A stretch of 64,000 bases of DNA. It comes from a virus. The notes beneath the pieces are model-generated. The model was not told the DNA's origin. It did not search any database and saw nothing but the letters and a program-made list of their open reading frames with translations. The translations under genes were made by a program, and so were the position numbers. The stretch lies in the IMG/VR virus record IMGVR_UViG_3300044628_000090; one strand, written 5' to 3'. Shown in pieces: positions 9,797 to 18,618 of the stretch. Every line of letters starts with the position of its first letter. The first letter of the stretch is position 1.

Positions 9797-10765
9797 ATGG
9801 GCAAGATAGGAAAAATATCTACTATTAAAAAAGACTACAACAATTCTCAGTTACAAACAATGCAAGGTGGACTTGCATCAAGAGGTTACACAAGAATTCC
9901 TGGTACAGGAGTTTTTAAGTATCCTTATAAAGAATTGGATGGTCAGTACAGAACAGGCTTAGATCCAAAGGCTGCTTACATCAGAAGAATCTCTGATCCT
10001 CTTGAAAGAGAGATGGAGATTGAAAGAGTAACAGAGTTAAGAGAAAGACTTGAAGCAGCATTAGGTGGTGTTGACTTAGGTCCTCGTTCTAGTTTCTGGA
10101 ACTATGGCTTATCAACTTCTGTTGATGATTCCTTACACGTACAACCTGTTAAGCTTATGGATGGCGACAATTATTATGATTTGTCAATGCCATTGCAAGA
10201 GCTAGCATTCTCATGGTTGAGAGTTCATCCAACAATTGCTTCTAGCTATCAAGCTTGGGAGCGTGGTGAATTCCCTGCAGACATTCAATATTATGTTGCA
10301 GATGATGAGATTGAAAACAAGGTGATGTTTAAAAAGAAACAACTTATTAATAAAGCTATTGTTAAGTTTGATTCTATGACTCCTGAGAAGAAGAAGAAAG
10401 TGGCTCGTCTACTTGGTCTTCCAGTATCTGATGATTCTAAAGAAGAAGCAGTTTACAATCAGGTGGATAACCTCCTAAAACAAACAGAATTCAAGAATGG
10501 CAAATATCAAGGTTTGAACCCTATAGAAGTGTTCAACAGATTTGCAGATATGAAAGAAAACTTGCTCCATATCAAAGACCTAGTGAAACAAGCTGTTGCT
10601 CATTCAATTTATAGAGTGAGACCTAATGGTAGAGTTTTCGAAGGTGAATTTGAAATAGCAGTTGATGAAGATGATTTAGTTAAATTCCTTGCAGATGAAG
10701 ACAACCAAGATCAGTTATTGACTTTGGAAGGTAAACTAAAAGGAAAAAAAATAGCCTCATTATGA
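9797..10765 (+). CDS. hypothetical virion-associated protein
   Basis: A 322-aa ORF that follows the capsid gene and starts in the conserved AACTACATATG context. No motif recognised. Confidence 0.4.
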   Translation: MGKIGKISTIKKDYNNSQLQTMQGGLASRGYTRIPGTGVFKYPYKELDGQYRTGLDPKAAYIRRISDPLEREMEIERVTELRERLEAALGGVDLGPRSSFWNYGLSTSVDDSLHVQPVKLMDGDNYYDLSMPLQELAFSWLRVHPTIASSYQAWERGEFPADIQYYVADDEIENKVMFKKKQLINKAIVKFDSMTPEKKKKVARLLGLPVSDDSKEEAVYNQVDNLLKQTEFKNGKYQGLNPIEVFNRFADMKENLLHIKDLVKQAVAHSIYRVRPNGRVFEGEFEIAVDEDDLVKFLADEDNQDQLLTLEGKLKGKKIASL

Positions 10766-11493
10766 TCCCAGTAGATAGTTTATTATACAAGATTGATCAG
10801 AAACTAAATAAACTATCAACAAATGAGCATCAACAAATTAACCTAGAAGATAAGATTCTAGCACTTAACGAAGCTCAGATAAAGCTAATAAAGCAAAAGG
10901 TTGATGGTCAAAGTACAAACTCTGGTTATGGATTGGATGCGTTTAAAAAACGCTATGAAGACCTTCAAAGTTTGGTTATAACTTATAACCATCAACCTTT
11001 GCCATTAGTCTTGAAGAACTCTGAGTTAAATCAGTGGTTTGCAAGTCTTAATGTTTTGACTCCAAAGTATATGTTCTATCTTGATAGTTATATATTAGCA
11101 GACAAAGGAAGATGTACAGATAGAAAGATATGGATAAATAGAGACTTGGCTAAACATGGTGACATTCAGTTTATAATAACTAATGACAACTACAAGCCTT
11201 CTTTTGAATATCAAGAAACATTTAACTTCTTATCCTCTGACGAAATATCTGTATTTACAGATGGTACGTTTACACCAAAAGATATTTACATATCATATAT
11301 GAGATATCCAGTGTATATTAACAAGACAGGATATATTATGTTAGATGGCTTGCCTTCTTTTGATGCAGACTGTGAACTTGAAACTTACTTAGAAGATGAG
11401 TTGTTGGATCTTACAGTACAAAACTTGGCAATGTATACAGAAAACCAAAGTGCTGTTCAAAGCTCAATCTATAGGATACAAACAAACGAATAA
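10762..11493 (+). CDS. hypothetical protein
   Basis: A 243-aa ORF coupled to the upstream ORF by an ATGA overlap at 10762-10765. Confidence 0.4.
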   Translation: MIPVDSLLYKIDQKLNKLSTNEHQQINLEDKILALNEAQIKLIKQKVDGQSTNSGYGLDAFKKRYEDLQSLVITYNHQPLPLVLKNSELNQWFASLNVLTPKYMFYLDSYILADKGRCTDRKIWINRDLAKHGDIQFIITNDNYKPSFEYQETFNFLSSDEISVFTDGTFTPKDIYISYMRYPVYINKTGYIMLDGLPSFDADCELETYLEDELLDLTVQNLAMYTENQSAVQSSIYRIQTNE

Positions 11494-11519
11494 TTTTTAA
11501 CAATTAAATATAAAGCAAA

Positions 11520-12680
11520 ATGGCTGATTTTTCTCTAACCACCCTCTTTGTAGTACCAGTAGGAAATACATTACCTAGCTCTGGATCTACACAGAATTTA
11601 ACAGCTGGTCAAGTAGGAATATTCCTAAATGACTACAGCGTTGCTACTGCAGGTAATATCGCAGCTGCCCCTTATTTCTATGTTGCTCAAGGTAGAACAA
11701 ACACGTATTTACAAGGCTCTAAGCGTTCAGACAAAATTGCTGGATGTCCTAGTGGTAACTCTTGTAAAACAAACGTAACTGAATGGTACAAATCTTTAGG
11801 TTGTCCTACTCCAGTGAATCAAGTAACTGACGTAGTTGACTTCACAGTAAAACCTGGTGAGATTGTAACATTAACTTTACGTGGTTTCTCTAGCTACTTA
11901 GAAACATTGTACTTCAATGGTTTCACTCGTTCTGTAACAGTGAACGCTCCATGTCTTGGATGTGGTGACGATCCTTGTACAGATGTAGATGTACCTGCGT
12001 TGATCGATGATCTTATCTATCATTTAGAGTTAGATGCTCCAGGTAACAATCCTGATAACATCACTTTAAATCAATTTTACCAATTCCAAAGACTTGGTAA
12101 CGATGCAAATGCGTTCTTACGTATTACTGGTAAGCCATTAACTAAATATGGTCAGCCTTGTGACGTTGCTGCATTCCCTTGGGAGTATGACAGATTCTAC
12201 TTCAGAACTTTCATCTTCTCTGGTCCAGCTACAACTGCTGACTTCATTGTTGATGATCCTTGTAATAGAGTTGCTACTCCAGTGATTAGACAACGTTCTA
12301 ACTATGCTGTTGGTACTTCTGCTGAAGTTCAACAATTAGAGAAGAACTTCTATAGCTACCAAGCTGGTTACTTAAAGCATTTATACAGAATGAATGGTTA
12401 CAACGAGAACTTTGAGTCTTGGGTAACTGATGGTCAGATCTATGATTTGTACTATATCAAATTCAATGAGTATAACAAATCTGAGTACCAATGGGGTGAC
12501 TATATCTACGAAGATAGCATGGTGATCATTGCTGTTCCTGAGAATCAAACATCTGCTATCGAAGCTATCTTAGTAGCTGGTTTAGGAGCTGTTGCAGGTG
12601 ACACAGCATGTATCACAACTACTAGTACTACAACTACTGTATGGCCTAGCACTTCAACAACAACTACTTTGATCCCTTAA
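11520..12680 (+). CDS. abundant structural protein (decoration/tail-tube candidate) with C-terminal poly-Thr tail
   Basis: The 386-aa ORF has codon usage suggesting high expression (CGT/TCT/GGT/GCT enriched) and a C-terminal TTTSTTTTVWPSTSTTTT tail. A canonical intrinsic terminator follows immediately. Confidence 0.45.
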   Translation: MADFSLTTLFVVPVGNTLPSSGSTQNLTAGQVGIFLNDYSVATAGNIAAAPYFYVAQGRTNTYLQGSKRSDKIAGCPSGNSCKTNVTEWYKSLGCPTPVNQVTDVVDFTVKPGEIVTLTLRGFSSYLETLYFNGFTRSVTVNAPCLGCGDDPCTDVDVPALIDDLIYHLELDAPGNNPDNITLNQFYQFQRLGNDANAFLRITGKPLTKYGQPCDVAAFPWEYDRFYFRTFIFSGPATTADFIVDDPCNRVATPVIRQRSNYAVGTSAEVQQLEKNFYSYQAGYLKHLYRMNGYNENFESWVTDGQIYDLYYIKFNEYNKSEYQWGDYIYEDSMVIIAVPENQTSAIEAILVAGLGAVAGDTACITTTSTTTTVWPSTSTTTTLIP

Positions 12681-12708
12681 GAATTAAGGTAAGATCATAT
12701 TAACCTAT

Positions 12709-12754
12709 GCCAGAGGGTGAGAGGATATCTCAAATCCTCTGGCATTTTTATTTT
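12709..12754 (+). terminator. rho-independent terminator
   Basis: GCCAGAGG-(20 nt loop)-CCTCTGGC followed by TTTTTATTTT, directly after the highly expressed gene 11520-12680. Confidence 0.7.
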
Positions 12755-12761
12755 ACAAACC

Positions 12762-13319
12762 ATGACACTAGATTTTTTAGTAATCAATACATATGAGACC
12801 ACAACATTGGGTATAGCTGATACATCAGTTTATAATACAACTCCACCTGTTGTTAGTGCTCCAACTATGCAGATCACTGTACCTGGTTTTACTAGTCCTG
12901 TTTCTATTCCATTTAATGTTAATAGCTTTAATGTTTACAACTCAATTATTTTAGGACTGAGCCCATTCCCTACAATAAATCCACTACCTGATGGTGTGTA
13001 TTTTATGAAGTATTCTGTGGCTCCAGCCACTACAAACTTTGTAGAGAAAAACATTATGCGTACAGCACTTATACAAGAAAAGTTTGATGGTGCATTTATG
13101 AAGCTTGATATGATGGAATGTGACTCAGCTATTAGAACCCAAGCAAAGGTGGTTTTAAGTAGTATTAATTTTATGATTCAAGGCTCAATAGCAGCAGCTA
13201 ATAACTGTGCTATAGATACAGCCAATAAGTTATACATGCAAGCTAATAGACAATTAGATTATTTTATTGCAAACCAATGTGGTTGTACAGGAAACAATTA
13301 CATAATTAATTTCCCTTAA
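12762..13319 (+). CDS. hypothetical protein (start revised from GTG 12717 to ATG 12762)
   Basis: The ORF-track start at 12717 is a GTG lying inside the terminator stem. The first ATG after the T-tract is at 12762 (MTLDFLVINTYETTT...). Confidence 0.45.
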   Translation: MTLDFLVINTYETTTLGIADTSVYNTTPPVVSAPTMQITVPGFTSPVSIPFNVNSFNVYNSIILGLSPFPTINPLPDGVYFMKYSVAPATTNFVEKNIMRTALIQEKFDGAFMKLDMMECDSAIRTQAKVVLSSINFMIQGSIAAANNCAIDTANKLYMQANRQLDYFIANQCGCTGNNYIINFP

Positions 13320-13320
13320 T

Positions 13321-13473
13321 ATGGCAAACTGTAGAGGATGTGGCATGAAGGTGGGATGTGGCTGTCAATTAATTAATGGCCTATGTTCAGCATGCAACAA
13401 CAAACTTAAGAACGCTACAAATAGAATAAAAGATGTTATCACCAAGATTAACAGATTGTGTAGTCAATGGTAG
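13321..13473 (+). CDS. small Cys-rich (zinc-ribbon-like) protein, 50 aa, absent from ORF track
   Basis: Translates to MANCRGCGMKVGCGCQLINGLCSACNNKLKNATNRIKDVITKINRLCSQW, with 8 Cys arranged as CxxC/CxC/CxxC. It starts 1 nt after the previous stop. Confidence 0.35.
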   Translation: MANCRGCGMKVGCGCQLINGLCSACNNKLKNATNRIKDVITKINRLCSQW

Positions 13474-13708
13474 CATTCCAGCTACGTTGACACAGATTGA
13501 TGAAAGACTTACTTACTGGGCAAATCGCCAGTATAACAATATTATATTCTCTATGAATAACTATATTCCTGGAGAAGTAATCAATGACCTATTAAATTAT
13601 AAACAAATATTAACATATAGACTTTGTAATCCTGACTATGCTATGGTGTGTGGCCTTCCTACCACCTCTCAAGTTGTGAGCAGAGTTATAGTGTTAATTA
13701 ATAAATAA
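13433..13708 (+). CDS. hypothetical protein (start uncertain; overlaps the small Cys-rich ORF in another frame)
   Basis: A 91-aa ORF with no motif. An internal Met (MNNYIPGE...) is an alternative start. Confidence 0.25.
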   Translation: MLSPRLTDCVVNGSIPATLTQIDERLTYWANRQYNNIIFSMNNYIPGEVINDLLNYKQILTYRLCNPDYAMVCGLPTTSQVVSRVIVLINK

Positions 13709-13716
13709 ATTAAACC

Positions 13717-14844
13717 ATGTCTTGCGAAAGTTGCTATAATGGCTGTGTAGAAATTGTATCTGATCAATGTGTTAGATATACAGGATTCAGCAGTCTTCCT
13801 TTAGGAATACAAACTGGAGATAACCTTCAGACTGTTATTGAAGATTTAATAAGTAAGTTAGGACCTCTTCTTACTGGAAGTGGTGATGCAATTGCTTTAG
13901 CTTCAGGAATTCGTTGTGCTTTAATAAATAGTTTTTTACCTCCTACTTCGCAGCCAAATGCGTGGACATCAGGACAGGTATTTGAAGCATTAACAAAATC
14001 TGTATGTAGTTTACAAACACAAGTTACTGCTGTTGCTGCTGATATAGCTGTATTAAATGCTGATTATACAATTGATTGTCTTACAGGAGTAACTGCTTCT
14101 TCTGACACTCATGCTATTGTCCAAGCAACTATAAATAAACTTTGTGCTACTATAGTTCAACTAACTGCTCTTGAACTTAATGTAGATACAAACTATGTTA
14201 AATTAGCAGACTTAGATGCTTTGATTGCTGCTTACATAGCTAGCACTTCAGGTGGTGGATCTAATCAACAATATTTAAAGATGGTTCCTTATGTAGCCTA
14301 TGAATACTATGGACCAATAACAAACTTTGATGGATCAGGTATTGGTATCCCAGCAAATGGTTTCTTCAAGGTATATTTATGTAATGGTTTAAATGGCACC
14401 CCTGATAAAAGAGGACGTGTTGCTGTAGGAGCTATTCAGCTTGTTCCAGGTGCTCCATTAGATGCTGCAGTGAATCCAGCTAATGCTGGTAATCCAAACT
14501 ATGCTTTATATACCACATCAGGAGCAAACACTGTAACTTTGATTACATCACAAATTCCTGAACATTCACACAGTGCTGTAGCTGTATCTACTTCTGCAGT
14601 TTCTCCAAATCCTCATAGTCATACTGTTTCTTGGCAAAAAGGACAAGCTGATCAAAACGAGCCTGGAGTTTATGGCGAACTTTATGATGCTAGAACACCT
14701 TATAATAGAACAACAACAACATCTACTGTAAGTCTTACTGTTGATGTAAGTACAGGTGTTACAATATCATCTACAGGAAGTGGAGCAGCTCATGCAAACA
14801 TACAACCTGTTATAGCTGCATATTATATTATGTACATTCCTTAA
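13717..14844 (+). CDS. tail fibre protein with C-terminal phage-tail-collar (MdpB-like) domain
   Basis: The C-terminus 'LCNGLNGTPDKRGRVAVG...IPEHSHSA...PHSHTV...GSGAAHANIQPVIAAYYIMYIP' matches the Phage_tail_collar pattern (LPDlRGRv..G ... lP.HtH...H.H ... gg.aHnN.qPy..lnyiI). The N-terminus carries the Cys-rich 'GIQTGDNLQTVIEDL' module shared with 14865 and 53353. Confidence 0.65.
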   Translation: MSCESCYNGCVEIVSDQCVRYTGFSSLPLGIQTGDNLQTVIEDLISKLGPLLTGSGDAIALASGIRCALINSFLPPTSQPNAWTSGQVFEALTKSVCSLQTQVTAVAADIAVLNADYTIDCLTGVTASSDTHAIVQATINKLCATIVQLTALELNVDTNYVKLADLDALIAAYIASTSGGGSNQQYLKMVPYVAYEYYGPITNFDGSGIGIPANGFFKVYLCNGLNGTPDKRGRVAVGAIQLVPGAPLDAAVNPANAGNPNYALYTTSGANTVTLITSQIPEHSHSAVAVSTSAVSPNPHSHTVSWQKGQADQNEPGVYGELYDARTPYNRTTTTSTVSLTVDVSTGVTISSTGSGAAHANIQPVIAAYYIMYIP

Positions 14845-14864
14845 TCTTTTAAACTAACTATAAA

Positions 14865-16928
14865 ATGGCTTGTAATCCTGGCGATCCTTGCTACAACGCA
14901 TACTATCATCCTAATCAAACTTCTGGATGTTCTCCTTGTGAGACAACAGCAGATCATGTTATATATAATGGACCTAACCTACCTAATACAGGAATTCAAA
15001 CTGGAGATAATCTAGACTGTGCTCTATCAAAAATAGATGACACTTTTAGTGAAGGTGTTGTTGGTCTGAATGGTACTTCTGGTACATCTGGCTCTAGTGG
15101 TAACACTGGAACTTCTGGAGTGAATGGTTCTGGAGGTACATCAGGTTCTTCTGGTTCTTCTGGTACTAATGGCTCATCTGGTTCTTCTGGAAAAGATGGA
15201 AGTTCTGGTATATCATCTAATGGTACTAGTGGTACAAATGGTACAGCTGGAAAAGATGGGTCTAGTGGTGTTAATGGTTCTTCTGGTTTGAGTGGTACTG
15301 CTGGAACTAGTGCTTCAAGTGGAACATCTGGTATAGATGGCACTAATGGCACTGATGGTTCTAATGGAACAAGTGCTACTTCTGGTACTTCTGGAACTAG
15401 TGGTCAAGACGCAACTGCAGGAACTAGTGGAGTTGATGCAACTTCAGGTACAGCTGGTACGAGTGCAAGTTCAGGTACGTCTGCATCTAGTGGATTAACT
15501 GGTACTGCTGGCACTGCTGGCACTTCAGCATCTTCTGGAACTGCTGGTAAAGATGGAGATAGATATTTAACAAGTTCTACAACTTCTTTATTAATAGGAA
15601 CAGGATCAAAAAGTTTAATAGTAGGAACAGGACTAGCATATAGTATTGCACAGACAGCTATCATAGTATATGATGGAAGTAATACAATGCAAGGAACTGT
15701 TACCTCTTACAATAGTGGAACAGGTGATATAGTGATTAATGTTACCACTGCAGTGGGTTCAGGAACTTATGCTGTATGGACAGTGAATCTATTTGGTGCA
15801 GCTGGTGGTAATGGTACTTCTGGAATAAATGGTACCTCTGGCACAGCTGGTACATCTGCTTCCTCAGGTACATCTGGAACTACAGGTACATCTGGTACCT
15901 CTGCATCTTCTGGAACTTCTGCATCTTCTGGTACATCTGGAACAAATGGCACCACTGGTACATCTGGAACTAATGGTACTTCTGGAACTAATGGTACATC
16001 AGCTACTAGTGGATTAACAAATGGTACATCAGGTACATCAGGTACCTCAGGTGCTAATGGTGGTGCTGGACCAACTGGTCCAAATGGAACTAGTGGAACT
16101 AGTGGTACCTCAGGCACCTCAGGTGCAAATGGTGGTGCTGGTCCAAATGGAACTAGTGGAACTAGTGGAACATCAGGTGCAAATGGTGGAAATGGTTCTT
16201 CTGGTACTTCTGGTACTTCTGGTGCTAATGGTGGAAATGGTTCTTCTGGAACAAGTGGTACAAGTGGTGCTAATGGTGGAAATGGAAGTAGTGGTACTTC
16301 TGGAGCTAATGGTGGAGTTGGTTCAAGTGGTACTTCAGGATCATCAGTAGCACTTTCTGGAACAACTAATACAATAGGTAAATTTACAAGTGCATCAACT
16401 CTTGGTGATGCTCCTATAACAGATAATGGAACTATAGTTAATTTTAGTAGATATGTATCTATTAATGCTGTTGGTGGCTCAGGACAAAGTCTTGAATGTA
16501 GTGGAGGTGTATATAGTGCTACAGAAGTAAAGAGTAGTGGTCACTTTGTAAATGACGTTGTAGATAAAGGTATATATAACTCAGCATTAGGTTTTTCATT
16601 TTATGCAATTACAGCTACAGGATGGGTATCTAATACAGCCATCTCAGCAACAGCATTTTTTGAGACATCAGATATTAGATATAAAAATGTATTAGAATAT
16701 AATCCTCAAATAGATTTATTAGGAATAGACGTAATTAAGTTTGTAAGAACTGACGATGACACAAATAAAGTTAGATATGGTTATTCTGCTCAACAAGTAC
16801 AATCAATACTTCCAGATGCTGTTGTAGGAGAAGATAAACTATCTGTAAACTATATGGATGTACATACATTAAAGATAGCAGCATTAGAAAAACGTATTGC
16901 AGAACTTGAAGCTAAATTAAACAAATAA
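14865..16928 (+). CDS. collagen-like (Gly-X-Y, Ser/Thr-rich) tail fibre with C-terminal peptidase-S74 intramolecular chaperone domain
   Basis: Two long (G-T/S-S)n triplet tracts are separated by a ~75-aa globular insert (YDGSNTMQGTVTSYNSGTGDIVINV...GSGTYAVWTVNL). The C-terminus 'TSDIRYKNVLEYNP...YGYSAQQVQSILPDAV...LSVNYMDVHTLKIAALEKRIAELEAKL' fits the S74 pattern (SDxRxK...GfIAQEV..vlPe.V...vdY..L.plL.eAiKeL). The N-terminus has the Cys-rich GIQTGDNL module. Confidence 0.65.
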   Translation: MACNPGDPCYNAYYHPNQTSGCSPCETTADHVIYNGPNLPNTGIQTGDNLDCALSKIDDTFSEGVVGLNGTSGTSGSSGNTGTSGVNGSGGTSGSSGSSGTNGSSGSSGKDGSSGISSNGTSGTNGTAGKDGSSGVNGSSGLSGTAGTSASSGTSGIDGTNGTDGSNGTSATSGTSGTSGQDATAGTSGVDATSGTAGTSASSGTSASSGLTGTAGTAGTSASSGTAGKDGDRYLTSSTTSLLIGTGSKSLIVGTGLAYSIAQTAIIVYDGSNTMQGTVTSYNSGTGDIVINVTTAVGSGTYAVWTVNLFGAAGGNGTSGINGTSGTAGTSASSGTSGTTGTSGTSASSGTSASSGTSGTNGTTGTSGTNGTSGTNGTSATSGLTNGTSGTSGTSGANGGAGPTGPNGTSGTSGTSGTSGANGGAGPNGTSGTSGTSGANGGNGSSGTSGTSGANGGNGSSGTSGTSGANGGNGSSGTSGANGGVGSSGTSGSSVALSGTTNTIGKFTSASTLGDAPITDNGTIVNFSRYVSINAVGGSGQSLECSGGVYSATEVKSSGHFVNDVVDKGIYNSALGFSFYAITATGWVSNTAISATAFFETSDIRYKNVLEYNPQIDLLGIDVIKFVRTDDDTNKVRYGYSAQQVQSILPDAVVGEDKLSVNYMDVHTLKIAALEKRIAELEAKLNK
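15064..15560 (+). repeat. collagen-like GGT-NNN-NNN codon triplet repeat tract 1 of gene 14865
   Basis: Uninterrupted Gly every third codon ([19 protein letters not shown]...). It generates spurious antisense and out-of-frame ORFs. Confidence 0.8.
15796..16345 (+). repeat. collagen-like triplet repeat tract 2 of gene 14865
   Basis: (G-T/S/A/N-S/G)n, including internally duplicated [15 protein letters not shown] units. Confidence 0.8.
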
Positions 16929-18598
16929 TGAGTTGGAATACATTACTACCTAATCAGTGTATATCATTTAATAATTTACAAGATGCTTGTAACATAGGAT
17001 TATTTTTATTTAGTCAACCTATTCCTGTAAGTACTGAACAAATTACTAAACAAAACTTTGAAGATTATATACTTGTACCCACTAGTGTATCGCAATATCC
17101 TCCATTTGTTAATAAGTCTCAAAATCAACTAGTTGTAAAAGAAGATATTGCCTTATATGGAAATGCTACATTAGTTCCTAATTATGGTATATCTTTTACA
17201 GGAATATATTATACTGATTTTACTAATCAATCACCAGTAGGAATTTGGAGTCTTCCTGCATCTTCAACTCAAATTTCTCAATATTATTCTGAATTTGGTG
17301 GTCTTTTTTATCCTTATTTATATATAGAAGTTGATGGTACTAGTACTAGCCCATCAGGATTTTTTAGTGTGACATTATCTGTAAATGGAAATGTAGTCTC
17401 TGATGGTACTTTTTTTAATGTAAGTGGACCACAAGCTGCTATAGTTTTTCTTAATAATGAAATTATATATGCTCCTAATGATATAGAATTAACTATCATT
17501 GATGGACAAGCAACTCCTATAAATTTTACTTTCCAAGATCAGAATGGAGGAATTCCTATAACAGCAGTATCTATGAATAGAGGATCTGGTCAATATCAAA
17601 TGGTAGCAACTGGTTCTGCTGGAGGAAATATAGGTTTCTTACAAGGAAGTTTATATAGATCTATTGATTATGGTGCAACGTGGCAAGCATCTTCTACAAA
17701 TACATTATATTATTGGCAAAGAATAGCAATGTCTGACACTGGTCAGTATATGATTGCTAGTTCATTAAATGGTCCACTATTTTTATCTAGTAATTATGGT
17801 GCGTCTTATGATGATATAACTACTAGAATACGAGGAAATGCTACAGAATATTTTGAAGGAACAGGAATGTCTGGAAATGGACAGTATATAATTGTTTGCT
17901 ATGAATTAGGTAATTCTACCTATACTACAAAGATTTCAAACAACTATGGAGCACCTGGCTCTTGGTCAGTTATTCCAGGAATATCATACAGTGCTTCACC
18001 TCCTGTTGGGAGTGGTTACAGTATTCAAGGAGTGGCAATAAGTGACACTGGTCAGTATATATATCTTTCATTTACTAGTGGTTTTACTGGAGAAGTTTAT
18101 AAGTCATCTGACTATGGTGCTACATGGCAAACAGTATATCCTGGAACTCAATATGTAGTAGATATTAGTTGTAGTAGTGATGGTTCAACTGTTGTTGTAA
18201 CAGGATCTACTAGTGGTTTTGGTGGAGGATATTTATCAAGAGGATATATGTTTAAGTCTACTAATTATGGAGCATCTTTTACCAGTATTACAAATGGAGA
18301 CTCTTTAAGAAGGTGGTACAGAGTTGGACAATTATATACATCTACATCTCCTTCTGGATATGGCACTGTAATGACTTATGCAGGTGACTCTCCTAACCAA
18401 ATAACTTTTCCAGCAGAAACATATCCTGTTGGTGGTGATACTTTAGGATCTGTTATTAATAGTAATCTTACTGGTATGGGACAAAGACCATTTACAGATT
18501 GTGCTGTAGGTGGTACAGATGGAGTATATAGATTACTTGGATCAACAACTGGATTATTTAGATCAATAACTGGAGGAGGCTCATGGACTCAACTTTAA
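16928..18598 (+). CDS. BNR/Asp-box repeat (sialidase-like beta-propeller) protein, receptor-binding/glycosidase candidate
   Basis: Five spaced S-x-D/N-x-G-x-(T/S)-W/Y/F motifs: SIDYGATWQ, SSNYGASYD, SNNYGAPGSW, SSDYGATWQ, STNYGASFT. Joined to the upstream gene by a TAATG overlap. Confidence 0.6.
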   Translation: MSWNTLLPNQCISFNNLQDACNIGLFLFSQPIPVSTEQITKQNFEDYILVPTSVSQYPPFVNKSQNQLVVKEDIALYGNATLVPNYGISFTGIYYTDFTNQSPVGIWSLPASSTQISQYYSEFGGLFYPYLYIEVDGTSTSPSGFFSVTLSVNGNVVSDGTFFNVSGPQAAIVFLNNEIIYAPNDIELTIIDGQATPINFTFQDQNGGIPITAVSMNRGSGQYQMVATGSAGGNIGFLQGSLYRSIDYGATWQASSTNTLYYWQRIAMSDTGQYMIASSLNGPLFLSSNYGASYDDITTRIRGNATEYFEGTGMSGNGQYIIVCYELGNSTYTTKISNNYGAPGSWSVIPGISYSASPPVGSGYSIQGVAISDTGQYIYLSFTSGFTGEVYKSSDYGATWQTVYPGTQYVVDISCSSDGSTVVVTGSTSGFGGGYLSRGYMFKSTNYGASFTSITNGDSLRRWYRVGQLYTSTSPSGYGTVMTYAGDSPNQITFPAETYPVGGDTLGSVINSNLTGMGQRPFTDCAVGGTDGVYRLLGSTTGLFRSITGGGSWTQL

Positions 18599-18618
18599 TA
18601 TAAAAAACCAAATATAAT

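Noticed and set aside
15064-16345. CRISPR-like periodic repeats
   Set aside because: Periodicity is 9-18 nt and in-frame within a protein-coding gene (collagen-like triplets). There is no repeat-spacer organisation and there are no cas genes.
14996-16350. Several 60-120-aa ORFs on the minus strand and in alternate + frames (PEVP/LVPLVP-rich or LVQLV-rich) over the collagen-like repeats of gene 14865
   Set aside because: They are mirror images of the GGT-NNN-NNN triplet repeat. Read antisense, GGTACTTCTGGT-type codons give Pro/Glu/Val-rich low-complexity strings, and in +1/+2 frames they give Leu/Val/Gln strings. They have no independent start context and are fully contained in a long coherent ORF.
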